A DNA stretch of 32,000 nt, taken from NCBI RefSeq assembly GCF_000015025.1, contig NC_008578.1, positions 1,560,001-1,592,000 on the forward strand, in the 5' to 3' direction. A program made the translations under genes and the position numbers. Positions 7,811 to 15,252 of this stretch are shown here, piece by piece (positions within the stretch are counted from its first letter, which is position 1; every line of letters starts with the position of its first letter). A model generated the notes under the pieces. The model was given only the letters and a program-made list of their open reading frames with translations, was not told where the DNA came from and ran no database searches. This DNA comes from Acidothermus cellulolyticus 11B. Lineage in GTDB: Bacteria; Actinomycetota; Actinomycetes; Acidothermales; Acidothermaceae.

Positions 7811-9909
7811 ACCAACTCCGGACGCCGCCAGGGCAGGCCGCGGACGTAGTGGTCCAGAAATGCGAGTACCGTCGCGTACCAGGCCTTGACGTTTCCGGGT
7901 TTGAGAATCCAGTGATTTTCGTCCGGGAAATAGAGGAATTTCGCGTCACAACCGTGCCACACCAAGTCGGCCCACAATTTGAGGCCCTCCGCGATCGGCA
8001 CTCGATAATCCTTGTCACCGTGAATCACGAGCATCGGTGTGCGGATCGCCGCGATGTGTCGATGCGGACTGTTCCGCTCGTAACGCTCAGGTTCGTGCAC
8101 CGGATGACCCCATTCCCGGAGCCACTCCCCCGCGTGATCGGTGACGCCGGTGAAATAATCCAGCGCCCACAGGCTCGCATGGCTGACGATCGCCTTGAAT
8201 CGGTCGGTGTGCCCGGCGATCCAGTTGGCCATGAATCCGCCGTAGGAACCGCCCATTGCCGCGATCCGGGTTTCATCAATGTCAGCGCGGGCCGCCGCCG
8301 CATCGGTGATGGTCATGAGGTCCGCGAATGGCACCGGACCCCAGTCGCGCCACGCTCGGGTGATGAATTCTTGCCCATAGCCTTGCGACAACCCGGGATC
8401 GGGGAGCAGCACCGCATAGCCGCGCGCCGCGAGCAACCAAGGATTCCACCGCCAACTCCAGGAATTCCAACTCATGAGCGGGCCGCCGTGAATCCATAAT
8501 GCCAGCGGGGCTGGGTGCTCAGCGGTTGCTCCGTCCGGAAGGACGAGCCAGGCCCGCAACGGCACACCGTCGACGGCGGTCGCGGTAATCTCGGTCACCC
8601 GGCCGGGATAACTCAGTATTTCGCCCGGTGCGGGAATTTCCATCGGTTTCTGGTCGACGGCATCGACCTCCAGCCGCACCGGCCGCGGCGGCTCGTCGAT
8701 TCGACTCCGCAACGCATAGAGGTATTTGCCGTCCGGCGAGACGTTCACCTCCGAGTACGCGCCGTCCGATGCAAGCCGGCGCACCTGTCCGGTGGCGATG
8801 TCGACGCGAAAGACCGGACAGCGCCCCTGCTCATCGGCAACAAAGAAAACGGCGCTGCCGTCGGCGGAGAACCGGGGATTTGCTGGCCAGTAAGGAAACT
8901 CCGGCGCCAACGGCGTCACCGCGCCGCTGTGAAGATCAACGAGGCGGAGGCTGCACCGTGGCGGGTGGTCACGGTCGCCTTCCTCCTCGCAGACGCAGAC
9001 CACGTACCGGCCGTCCGGAGAGATCGCCGGCTGATCGAAGTTCTGCTTCACCGGTTCCGCGGTCGCGGCGAGCAGAACGCGTCGCTCCCCGCTGGTGGTG
9101 TCGATGGCCACCAGGGATACCCCTTCGACACCGCGACCGAGCGGGGTCCGCCAGCCGCAGACCGCGATCCGGCCGTCGTCGCTGACCGCCAGGCCGACCT
9201 CGTCGAGCGCCCGCCCAGGGTCCGGGGTGAGGTCGTGCAACCGACCGGAAACAGGCTGGGCCGAAGACACGGCCGTCCCGTCGAGATCGACACGAAGCAG
9301 CCGGGGAAAGTCGGGACCAATGTCCCGATCCCAGTGCCGTACCGGCGCTGATTCGTGCAGGACGGCGGAGACCCCCGCCTCACGGCGGGCTTTGCGCCGG
9401 GCGGCGTCCTCCTCGTACGGACCCGGCAGTGCGGGCGCCACGACCAGGACGACGCCGGCCGCCCGGGCGGCGAGCACCTTGGTGATGCCGGCCGACGGCG
9501 CGGCCACCTGATACGCCTCACCACCGGAAGCCGGCAATCGCCACAGCCCAGCTGTCGTCTCGGTCTCCGCACTCCCCGGTGACGGTGACGGACTGGACCG
9601 CTTGGAGACGAAGAGCAGGTCGCCGTCCGCGGTGAAGGCCGGCTGGGTCTCACCTTCCGCGGAGAAGGTGAGCCGACGCGGCGGCGCCTCCCCGGCGGGA
9701 TCGACCTCCCAGAGCGCAGACACGTAAGCGGAATTGTCCGCCGCCGGGGTCTGAACGACGCAGACCAGCCGGCGGCCGTCCGGCGCGAGGATGAGACCGG
9801 CGACCCGTGGGATGGCCACGTAGCGGTCGAGGTCGGCGAAGGGGTGGGCGGCGTCGGAATCGGTTGGTTTGGCGCGCACCTCACCGTCGGGGGGAAGTTG
9901 TGCGGGCAT
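7807..9909 (-). CDS. S9-family serine peptidase (prolyl oligopeptidase/acylaminoacyl peptidase type) with an N-terminal beta-propeller
   Basis: 700 aa. The N-terminal half shows TolB-like repeats (ISPDGRYVV, VSPDGKYLY). The nucleophile elbow is GGSYGGFMANW, and the C-terminal region reads GDKDYRVP...FPDENHW. Confidence 0.88.
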   Translation of the reverse strand: MPAQLPPDGEVRAKPTDSDAAHPFADLDRYVAIPRVAGLILAPDGRRLVCVVQTPAADNSAYVSALWEVDPAGEAPPRRLTFSAEGETQPAFTADGDLLFVSKRSSPSPSPGSAETETTAGLWRLPASGGEAYQVAAPSAGITKVLAARAAGVVLVVAPALPGPYEEDAARRKARREAGVSAVLHESAPVRHWDRDIGPDFPRLLRVDLDGTAVSSAQPVSGRLHDLTPDPGRALDEVGLAVSDDGRIAVCGWRTPLGRGVEGVSLVAIDTTSGERRVLLAATAEPVKQNFDQPAISPDGRYVVCVCEEEGDRDHPPRCSLRLVDLHSGAVTPLAPEFPYWPANPRFSADGSAVFFVADEQGRCPVFRVDIATGQVRRLASDGAYSEVNVSPDGKYLYALRSRIDEPPRPVRLEVDAVDQKPMEIPAPGEILSYPGRVTEITATAVDGVPLRAWLVLPDGATAEHPAPLALWIHGGPLMSWNSWSWRWNPWLLAARGYAVLLPDPGLSQGYGQEFITRAWRDWGPVPFADLMTITDAAAARADIDETRIAAMGGSYGGFMANWIAGHTDRFKAIVSHASLWALDYFTGVTDHAGEWLREWGHPVHEPERYERNSPHRHIAAIRTPMLVIHGDKDYRVPIAEGLKLWADLVWHGCDAKFLYFPDENHWILKPGNVKAWYATVLAFLDHYVRGLPWRRPELV

Positions 9910-9985
9910 ATGCCGACGATATCCGCGTGACTGATCCGGCAGGGCAGCGGCGGGCGGGAGCGCCGGGCGTTCCGCCCAAACCCGC

Positions 9986-11044
9986 CTAGGCCGGATGCGA
10001 GCGGGCGAAGCGGCAGCAGTTGTCCGGGCAGACGTCGTGAGCCGGGCTAGTTGGGCCGAGAGCGCGAGGTGCGGCGCGGCCGAGCCGTTCGAGAGCGAGC
10101 TCGCGGATCATCGCGACGAACCGCGGATCCGTCCCTGGGGTGGCGGCCCGGGCAAACCGGACGCCGAGGCGGGCTGCCAGCTCGGCCGCTTCGGTGTCCA
10201 GGTCGTAACGCACTTCCATGTGGTCGCTGACGAACCCGATCGGCACGACCACAACGGCCGGCGCGCCGTCCTCGGCCAATTCGGTGAGCACCTGCCCGAT
10301 CTCCGGCTCCAGCCACGGCACGGACGGCGATCCGCTCCGGCTGCAGTACGCAAGCCGCGACGGATGGCTGCCGTCCAGCGCCTCGTGCACCAGCCGTGCG
10401 GCCTCGGCGACCTGCCGCGCATACATGCCGCCAGCCGGGCCGCTCGCGGCATTCATCGCCTCGGGAATCGAATGGGCGACATACACGATCGGCGCGCCGG
10501 CCCGTACCTCAGGAGGCAGCGTCGCCAGCGCCGATTGGGTCGCATCCCGGAACGGTTCGATGAACCCCGGATGGTTGAAGTACTGCCGCAGCCGGTCGAT
10601 CCGCGGCGCCCGCGGACCGACCCGCCGGCGGGCCGCTTCGATCGCGTCCAGATACTGCCGGCAACTGGAGAAGCCGGCGTACGCCGAGGTGAGAAAGGCA
10701 AGCGCCCGCTCGATCCCGTCGTCCCGCATCTGAGCGACGACGTCGGCCAACCAAGGCTGCCAATGCCGGTTCGCCCAGTAGACGGCAAGGTTCACACCGG
10801 TTGCGGCGAAGTCCGCCCGGACCGCGGCCAGCAGGGCCCTGTTCTGCGCGTTGATCGGGCTGATTCCGCCGAAGTGGTAGTAATGTTGGGCGACTTCGGC
10901 GAGCCGCTCTTCCGGTACGCCGCGTCCCGCCGTAACGTCTCGCAGAAACGGCATGACGTCGTCCGGGCCCTCCGGTCCGCCGAAAGAGACGATGAGCAAC
11001 GCGTCGTACGTGGGCGGTTCGGTCTGCGAGGTGGTCACGGCCAC
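9986..11044 (-). CDS. cpfC: Ferrochelatase (coproporphyrin ferrochelatase type) with a C-terminal Cys cluster
   Basis: Motifs seen: LLIVSFGGPEGPDDVMPFL, YVAHSIPE and PIGFVSDHMEV. The C-terminal CPDNCC plus an internal Cys (SSCRQY) fits the actinobacterial [2Fe-2S] type. I trimmed the start to GTG 11044. The track ORF runs to 11245, across the divergent sepH start. Confidence 0.9.
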   Translation of the reverse strand: MAVTTSQTEPPTYDALLIVSFGGPEGPDDVMPFLRDVTAGRGVPEERLAEVAQHYYHFGGISPINAQNRALLAAVRADFAATGVNLAVYWANRHWQPWLADVVAQMRDDGIERALAFLTSAYAGFSSCRQYLDAIEAARRRVGPRAPRIDRLRQYFNHPGFIEPFRDATQSALATLPPEVRAGAPIVYVAHSIPEAMNAASGPAGGMYARQVAEAARLVHEALDGSHPSRLAYCSRSGSPSVPWLEPEIGQVLTELAEDGAPAVVVVPIGFVSDHMEVRYDLDTEAAELAARLGVRFARAATPGTDPRFVAMIRELALERLGRAAPRALGPTSPAHDVCPDNCCRFARSHPA

Positions 11045-11199
11045 GATCCTGCCTGGTGGCTGTTCCCGGCGATTCAGGGGTATCGCCTGGGCAGGCCGGC
11101 CGGCGGCGGTAGGGTCCAGGGCAGGGCGGGCGGTGTGACCGGGACGACACATCGAGACGTGACGGAAGGCGACCCACGCACGAGAGCGGGACGAGGGGA

Positions 11200-12141
11200 A
11201 TGGCGGAGCTGCGGTTAATCGGCGTAAGCGCGGACGGGCGATCACTCAGCTTGATCGACACCCACGGGAACGAGCACCGTCTGACCATCGATGACCGCCT
11301 TCGCGCCGCCGTCAACGGGCAACTCTCCCGGCTCGGTCAGCTCACGATGGCGCTGGAGAGCCGCATCTCGCCGCGCGAGATCCAGGAACGGATCCGTGCC
11401 GGGGAGTCCGCGGAAGAGGTGGCGGGTTCGGCCGGAGTTCCGCTGGAGCGCGTGCTGCGGTTCGTTGGGCCCGTCTTGCAGGAGCGTGAGCACGTCGCGG
11501 AGCGGGCACGCCGGGCGCGGATCGCCGTGCCTTCCGGGCCGAGCGTGCTCCTCGCCGACGTCGTCGAGCGGCACGCCATCCGGCAGGGCATGAGCCCCGA
11601 GGATGTCGTCTGGGATTCGGCCCGCCGGCCCGACCATACCTGGGAGGTACGCATCCGGTGGCCGGACGGCGCGACCGCCGCATGGGAATTGGATTTTGCG
11701 CACCAGCACGCCTCGCCGATCGATGGGTTGGCCAAGCGCCTCTCCGGCGGTGAGGAAGAGCCCCCGGCTGAGCAGAGCGCTACCGTGCATCGGCTGATGC
11801 GGGTCGTGCCCACACCCGACGACGTTGACCCGCTGCACCCTCGCGGAACGACAGAATCGACGGTGCTCCCTCAGGCAGCCGTTCCGGCTGCGCCGCCTCA
11901 GGCAACGGTCCCGGCGAGCTCGTCCACGGGCGCTCGGCCGGCGGCCGAGATGGCCTCGGCGCAACCGGTGACGGCGAGTGCGGCCTCGGCCAAGAGTGCC
12001 CCGTCCGACGAACCGATGCGCGACCCGACGGCGGCGGATGCCCAGCCTACGGCCACGCAGCCGGCAAAACGCGGACGTACCCGCGCCCGCGTCCCGAAGT
12101 GGGACGACATCATCTTCGGCATGAAACCAAAGACCGAATAG
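11200..12141 (+). CDS. sepH: DUF3071-family septation protein SepH (Rv1486c-like)
   Basis: The N-terminus reads MAELRLIGVSADGRSLSLIDTHGNEHRLTIDDRLRAAV...ISPREIQERIRAGESAEEVA. The C-terminus is Ala/Pro-rich and disordered, ending in a basic tail (KRGRTRARVPKWDDIIFG). The gene is divergent from ferrochelatase, as in mycobacteria. Confidence 0.85.
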   Translation: MAELRLIGVSADGRSLSLIDTHGNEHRLTIDDRLRAAVNGQLSRLGQLTMALESRISPREIQERIRAGESAEEVAGSAGVPLERVLRFVGPVLQEREHVAERARRARIAVPSGPSVLLADVVERHAIRQGMSPEDVVWDSARRPDHTWEVRIRWPDGATAAWELDFAHQHASPIDGLAKRLSGGEEEPPAEQSATVHRLMRVVPTPDDVDPLHPRGTTESTVLPQAAVPAAPPQATVPASSSTGARPAAEMASAQPVTASAASAKSAPSDEPMRDPTAADAQPTATQPAKRGRTRARVPKWDDIIFGMKPKTE

Positions 12142-12820
12142 CCGACCGCCGGCATCGGCAACCGGACCTCGTCGCTGCGGCGGCCGCTGCGTTACTGATC
12201 GAGCTGCCGCTTCCGTCGTCGGGCGGCCGCACCATCTCACTCAGGCGGCCGGACCCCGAGGCGGCCGGAAAAAATCTTCTGCTCGCCGGTATCAGGACGC
12301 CGGGCATCCGCTCTGGTAGGGCGTAACGTCCACGTGACCAAAGGCGCGCTGACGGGAGCGAGCATGCCGCAGCAGACATCCGGGGGGTGGCGTGAGGCCA
12401 ACGCTGCGGATCGGGCAACGCCGAGCTCGGTTATCGACCTGATGGACGCCCGTCGGCGCGTGGTCGGGCAGATCATGGCATGCCGCCGAAGGCGGCGACG
12501 TCGGGCGCTGATCCGGCGTCTGCCATGAGCGAGGGGCCGCACATTCGGGGGAGGCACGGCAGCCGGCATCGGAGTCCGTGCCTTGCGTGGGGTTGCGCAT
12601 CGACGTGGGGGACGCACAACTCCACGGCGGCGTCGGATCGTTCGACGGAGGCGGGCGATCCGGCGCCGCCGGCATTCCTCGTACCTCCGGCCCACGCAGG
12701 CGGGCGGTACTGCGCCGTCTTGCCGGGCGATGCGCCATCTTCGCCCCGCGACGTGGGTACTCTGCTGTCTCGCCCTGGCACTCGGGCGGTGCGCTGTTCT
12801 GCCCCGGTGCTCGGGTGCCA

Positions 12821-12888
12821 CGTCGTCCGCTCAGGAATTGCGGCACGTTGTCCGCTGAGGCAATAAACGTTGTCCGCTAGGGCAATAA
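12821..12888. repeat. Three direct copies of ACGTyGTCCGCTnrGG; the last two form a 22-bp tandem repeat abutting the S8 gene RBS
   Basis: The copies are cgtcgtccgctcagg (12821-12835), cgttgtccgctgagg (12846-12860) and cgttgtccgctaggg (12868-12882). The full tandem units are acgttgtccgctgaggcaataa and acgttgtccgctagggcaataa. AAGGAG and ATG 12899 follow directly. Confidence 0.9.
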
Positions 12889-12898
12889 GGAGCACGGA

Positions 12899-14086
12899 AT
12901 GCGGTTTGATTATCCGGCACGTAATGAACGGATGCTCGCGCGGCACCCGGACATTGAAGCCGTCAATGCTCAACGCGGCTTGGTCTTTCTGCGCCGCAAT
13001 GAGGTGCTCGCCGTTCAGTCCGACGCCACTGTGGTCGCCGACCGTGGCCGGCGGTGGATCGATGGACATGACGACCATCCGTCGGGAATCGTGCGGTTCC
13101 GGCTTCGGCCGGCGGCGAAGGTCGATGTCGCCGAGTGGACTGCCACCCTTGCCGGCGGAGCGCACAAGCGCATCGGCATCGGTCCGAATCATGTCTGTCT
13201 TGCTCAACCGCAGTGGCATCCAGGGCCTGCCGACGACCCGGAACCGATTGATCCCTTGCCGGCTCCGCCACCGGCCGGTCCATATCCGGCCGGGCCGACG
13301 CCCCGCGTCGCAATTCTTGACACCGGTATCGTCCCGCATCCGTGGTTCCTCAGCTGTCTGTGGTTCGCGACATGCCTGCCGCCCGATTACGAGGTCTTGG
13401 ACGCAAATCTGGATTTCCAGCTTGATTCCCTTGCCGGGCACGGTACATTCATCGCCGGCATATTCCGCAAATACGCGCCGACAGCAGAATTAGTCATCCG
13501 GCGGGTCATTGAAAGCGACGGCGTCACCGATGAATTCCGCCTTATTCACGCGCTGCACGCATTGCCGCGGGTCGACGTCATATCGCTCTCGCTTGGTTGC
13601 TACACCTACGACGACAAGCCGCCGCCCGCCCTGGCCCATGTGCTCGCCCGCATTCCGCGGGACGTCGTGATCGTGGCGTGCGCAGGCAATTGCAGCAGTG
13701 ACCGGCCGTTCTGGCCGGCAGCCATGAAGCGGGTCATCGGCGTGGGCGCGCTCAACGCGGCCGGCTCCGACCGGGCGGACTTCAGCAACTACGGGTGGTG
13801 GGTCGACGCCTGCGCCGTTGGGGAAGGTGTGACGAGCACCTTCGTCACGTTCAACGGACCGCAGCGACCCAGCGGAGATTACGACCCGGACCGCTTCGTC
13901 GGTTACGCGCGATGGAGCGGCACGTCGTTCGCCGCGCCGCGATTCGCCGCAGCGATCGCCGCACGCGTCACGGCCAAGAGTGAACCCGCAAGCCACGCCG
14001 CCGACGCGCTGCTTGATCCGACCGGACGACGCTCATTCCCCGACCTTGGTGTCGCTCTCGACGATGCGCCGGGCACCACACCGTGA
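12899..14086 (+). CDS. S8-family subtilisin-like serine peptidase, no signal peptide, with an uncharacterised N-terminal region of about 140 aa
   Basis: AAGGAG lies 6 nt upstream of the ATG. The triad is in subtilase order: VAILDTGI (Asp), LAGHGTFIAG (His), ACAGN (oxyanion Asn) and WSGTSFAAP (Ser). The N-terminus MRFDYPARNERMLARHPDIE has no hydrophobic stretch. Confidence 0.85.
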   Translation: MRFDYPARNERMLARHPDIEAVNAQRGLVFLRRNEVLAVQSDATVVADRGRRWIDGHDDHPSGIVRFRLRPAAKVDVAEWTATLAGGAHKRIGIGPNHVCLAQPQWHPGPADDPEPIDPLPAPPPAGPYPAGPTPRVAILDTGIVPHPWFLSCLWFATCLPPDYEVLDANLDFQLDSLAGHGTFIAGIFRKYAPTAELVIRRVIESDGVTDEFRLIHALHALPRVDVISLSLGCYTYDDKPPPALAHVLARIPRDVVIVACAGNCSSDRPFWPAAMKRVIGVGALNAAGSDRADFSNYGWWVDACAVGEGVTSTFVTFNGPQRPSGDYDPDRFVGYARWSGTSFAAPRFAAAIAARVTAKSEPASHAADALLDPTGRRSFPDLGVALDDAPGTTP

Positions 14087-14107
14087 CCGAGACAGGGCGA
14101 CACGCCG

Positions 14108-14129
14108 GGTATGCCGTCCGCGGCGTACC
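14108..14129 (+). terminator. GC-rich hairpin 22 nt downstream of the S8 stop (possible factor-independent terminator or attenuator, or an inverted-repeat operator)
   Basis: The sequence ggtatgccg-tccg-cggcgtacc gives a 9-bp stem (one G-U pair) and a 4-nt loop. There is no U-tract. Confidence 0.3.
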
Positions 14130-14215
14130 TCGCGATAGCGTGTCGTGGACTGCACCGCCATCGACGACCAGACGGCGGCGACGGGGGGTGACGGGCAGAG
14201 CGGGAGTTCCGGCTG

Positions 14216-14794
14216 GTGACCGACCAGAGCACCTCCACCTTGGTAGCGGCGGCGAGAGCGGGCAGCCGAGAGGCTTGGCATGCGCTCGTCGATCGCTATG
14301 CCCGCCTGGTCTGGGCGGTGATCCGCGGTCATGGCATCGGCGGCATGGATGCGGCGGACATCAGCCAGACCGCGTGGTTACGGCTGGTCGAACACCTGGA
14401 CCGGCTCCGCGACCCCGACCAGGTCGGCAGCTGGCTGGCGGCGACGACCCGACACGAGTGCCTCCGTTTTCTCAATCGCCGGGGCCGAGAGCACGTCACC
14501 GAGTCACTTCCCGATCACCCGTCCGTCGAGCCAACTCCAGAGGAACACGTCGTGGCAGCTGATCGCGACCGGCTCCTGGCCGCGGCGCTCGCCCAGCTGC
14601 CGCCTCGGTGCCGGGTGCTCCTCCGGGCGCTCACCAGCGACCCAACGCCCAGCTATGCCGAACTCGCCGCCGCACTCGACGTTCCGATCGGCAGTCTCGG
14701 CCCGACCCGCAGCCGCTGCCTCGCGCGGCTCCGCGAGCTTCTGGCCGCCCTCGGCCACGAGCCCGATGTCGAATCCGCCGGGAGCAACCGGTGA
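14216..14794 (+). CDS. ECF-type RNA polymerase sigma-70 family factor
   Basis: 192 aa. The region 2-like part reads WHALVDRYARLVWAVIRGHGIGGMDAADISQTAWLRLVEHL...SWLAATTRHECLRFL. The region 4-like part reads LPPRCRVLLRALTSDPTPSYAELAAALDVPIGSLGPTRSRCLARLR. GGGAG lies 9 nt upstream of GTG 14216. Confidence 0.88.
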   Translation: MTDQSTSTLVAAARAGSREAWHALVDRYARLVWAVIRGHGIGGMDAADISQTAWLRLVEHLDRLRDPDQVGSWLAATTRHECLRFLNRRGREHVTESLPDHPSVEPTPEEHVVAADRDRLLAAALAQLPPRCRVLLRALTSDPTPSYAELAAALDVPIGSLGPTRSRCLARLRELLAALGHEPDVESAGSNR

Positions 14795-15240
14795 GCACCG
14801 ACGAACAGCTGCTTCAGACGCTACGGGCGGCGCTCGACCGGACCGACCCAATGCCGGAGGCGATCCGTGCCGCAGCCTACGCTGCGTTCGCCTGGCGCGA
14901 CATCGACGCCGAACTGGCCGCTCTCATCGCAGACTCCGCGGAGACGCCCATACCGGCAGGCGTGCGCACGGCCGCAGATCATCGGCTGCTGACATTCCGG
15001 GCCCCGGGGACGGAAATTGAGATTGAAGTCGCCGGGGAGCGGCTGCGGCAGCTGACAGGCCAGCTTGTACCGCCAGGCCCGGCGAGCATCACGGTCTGCT
15101 GGCCGGCCGGGTCCCTCGCCGTGGAAGCCGACGACCTCGGTCGCTTCACCGCCGACAACGTTCCTCCCGGGCCGGTGAGCTTGCAGGTGCGGCGGCCCAG
15201 CGCAGCCCGTCCGGTTAGCACCGACTGGGTGGTCATCTGA
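14791..15240 (+). CDS. Sigma-coupled 149-aa protein of unknown function (candidate soluble anti-sigma/partner)
   Basis: GTG 14791 overlaps the sigma stop (GTGA), and GGGAG lies 6 nt upstream. The N-terminus is helical (LLQTLRAALDRTDPMPEAIRAAAYAAFAWRDIDAELAALIAD). The C-terminus resembles a carboxypeptidase-regulatory-like beta-sandwich (GRFTADNVPPGPVSLQV). There is no TM segment and no HxxxCxxC motif. Confidence 0.6.
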   Translation: MSTDEQLLQTLRAALDRTDPMPEAIRAAAYAAFAWRDIDAELAALIADSAETPIPAGVRTAADHRLLTFRAPGTEIEIEVAGERLRQLTGQLVPPGPASITVCWPAGSLAVEADDLGRFTADNVPPGPVSLQVRRPSAARPVSTDWVVI

Positions 15241-15252
15241 CACCCTGAGGGC

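Noticed and set aside
12245-12276. A hairpin from the duplicated aggcggccgga (palindromic cggccg cores) followed by an A6 run, read as a possible terminator after sepH.
   Set aside because: The stem is only 6 bp. The downstream run is A rather than U on the plus strand, and on the minus strand the T-run precedes the stem. It does not fit an intrinsic terminator on either strand.
12334-12528. A 64-codon ORF (VTKGALTGASMPQQTSGGWREANAADRATPSSVIDLMDARRRVVGQIMACRRRRRRRALIRRLP).
   Set aside because: It has slightly better codon-position bias than its neighbours. However, it has no SD, carries an implausible poly-Arg tail, and I recognised no similar protein.
12237-12866. Track ORFs in the sepH-S8 spacer (194 aa and 184 aa on minus, 128 aa on plus), including an SD-like GGAGG-8 nt-ATG at 12688-12673 on the minus strand.
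   Set aside because: My hand tally gave about the same G+C at codon position 3 in all three frames, and very high G+C at position 2. The products are Pro/Arg/Ser/Thr-rich and no motif was recognised. I treat the region as noncoding pending a homology search.
12834-12871. An ECF-type promoter reading: GGAAT as the -35 element with a downstream CGTT as the -10 element.
   Set aside because: The spacing from GGAAT to the two CGTT elements is 7 nt and 29 nt, not the 16-17 nt typical of ECF promoters. I also found no GGAAC-like -35 element at the right distance from the CGTC elements upstream of the sigma gene or in the CHAT-downstream spacer.
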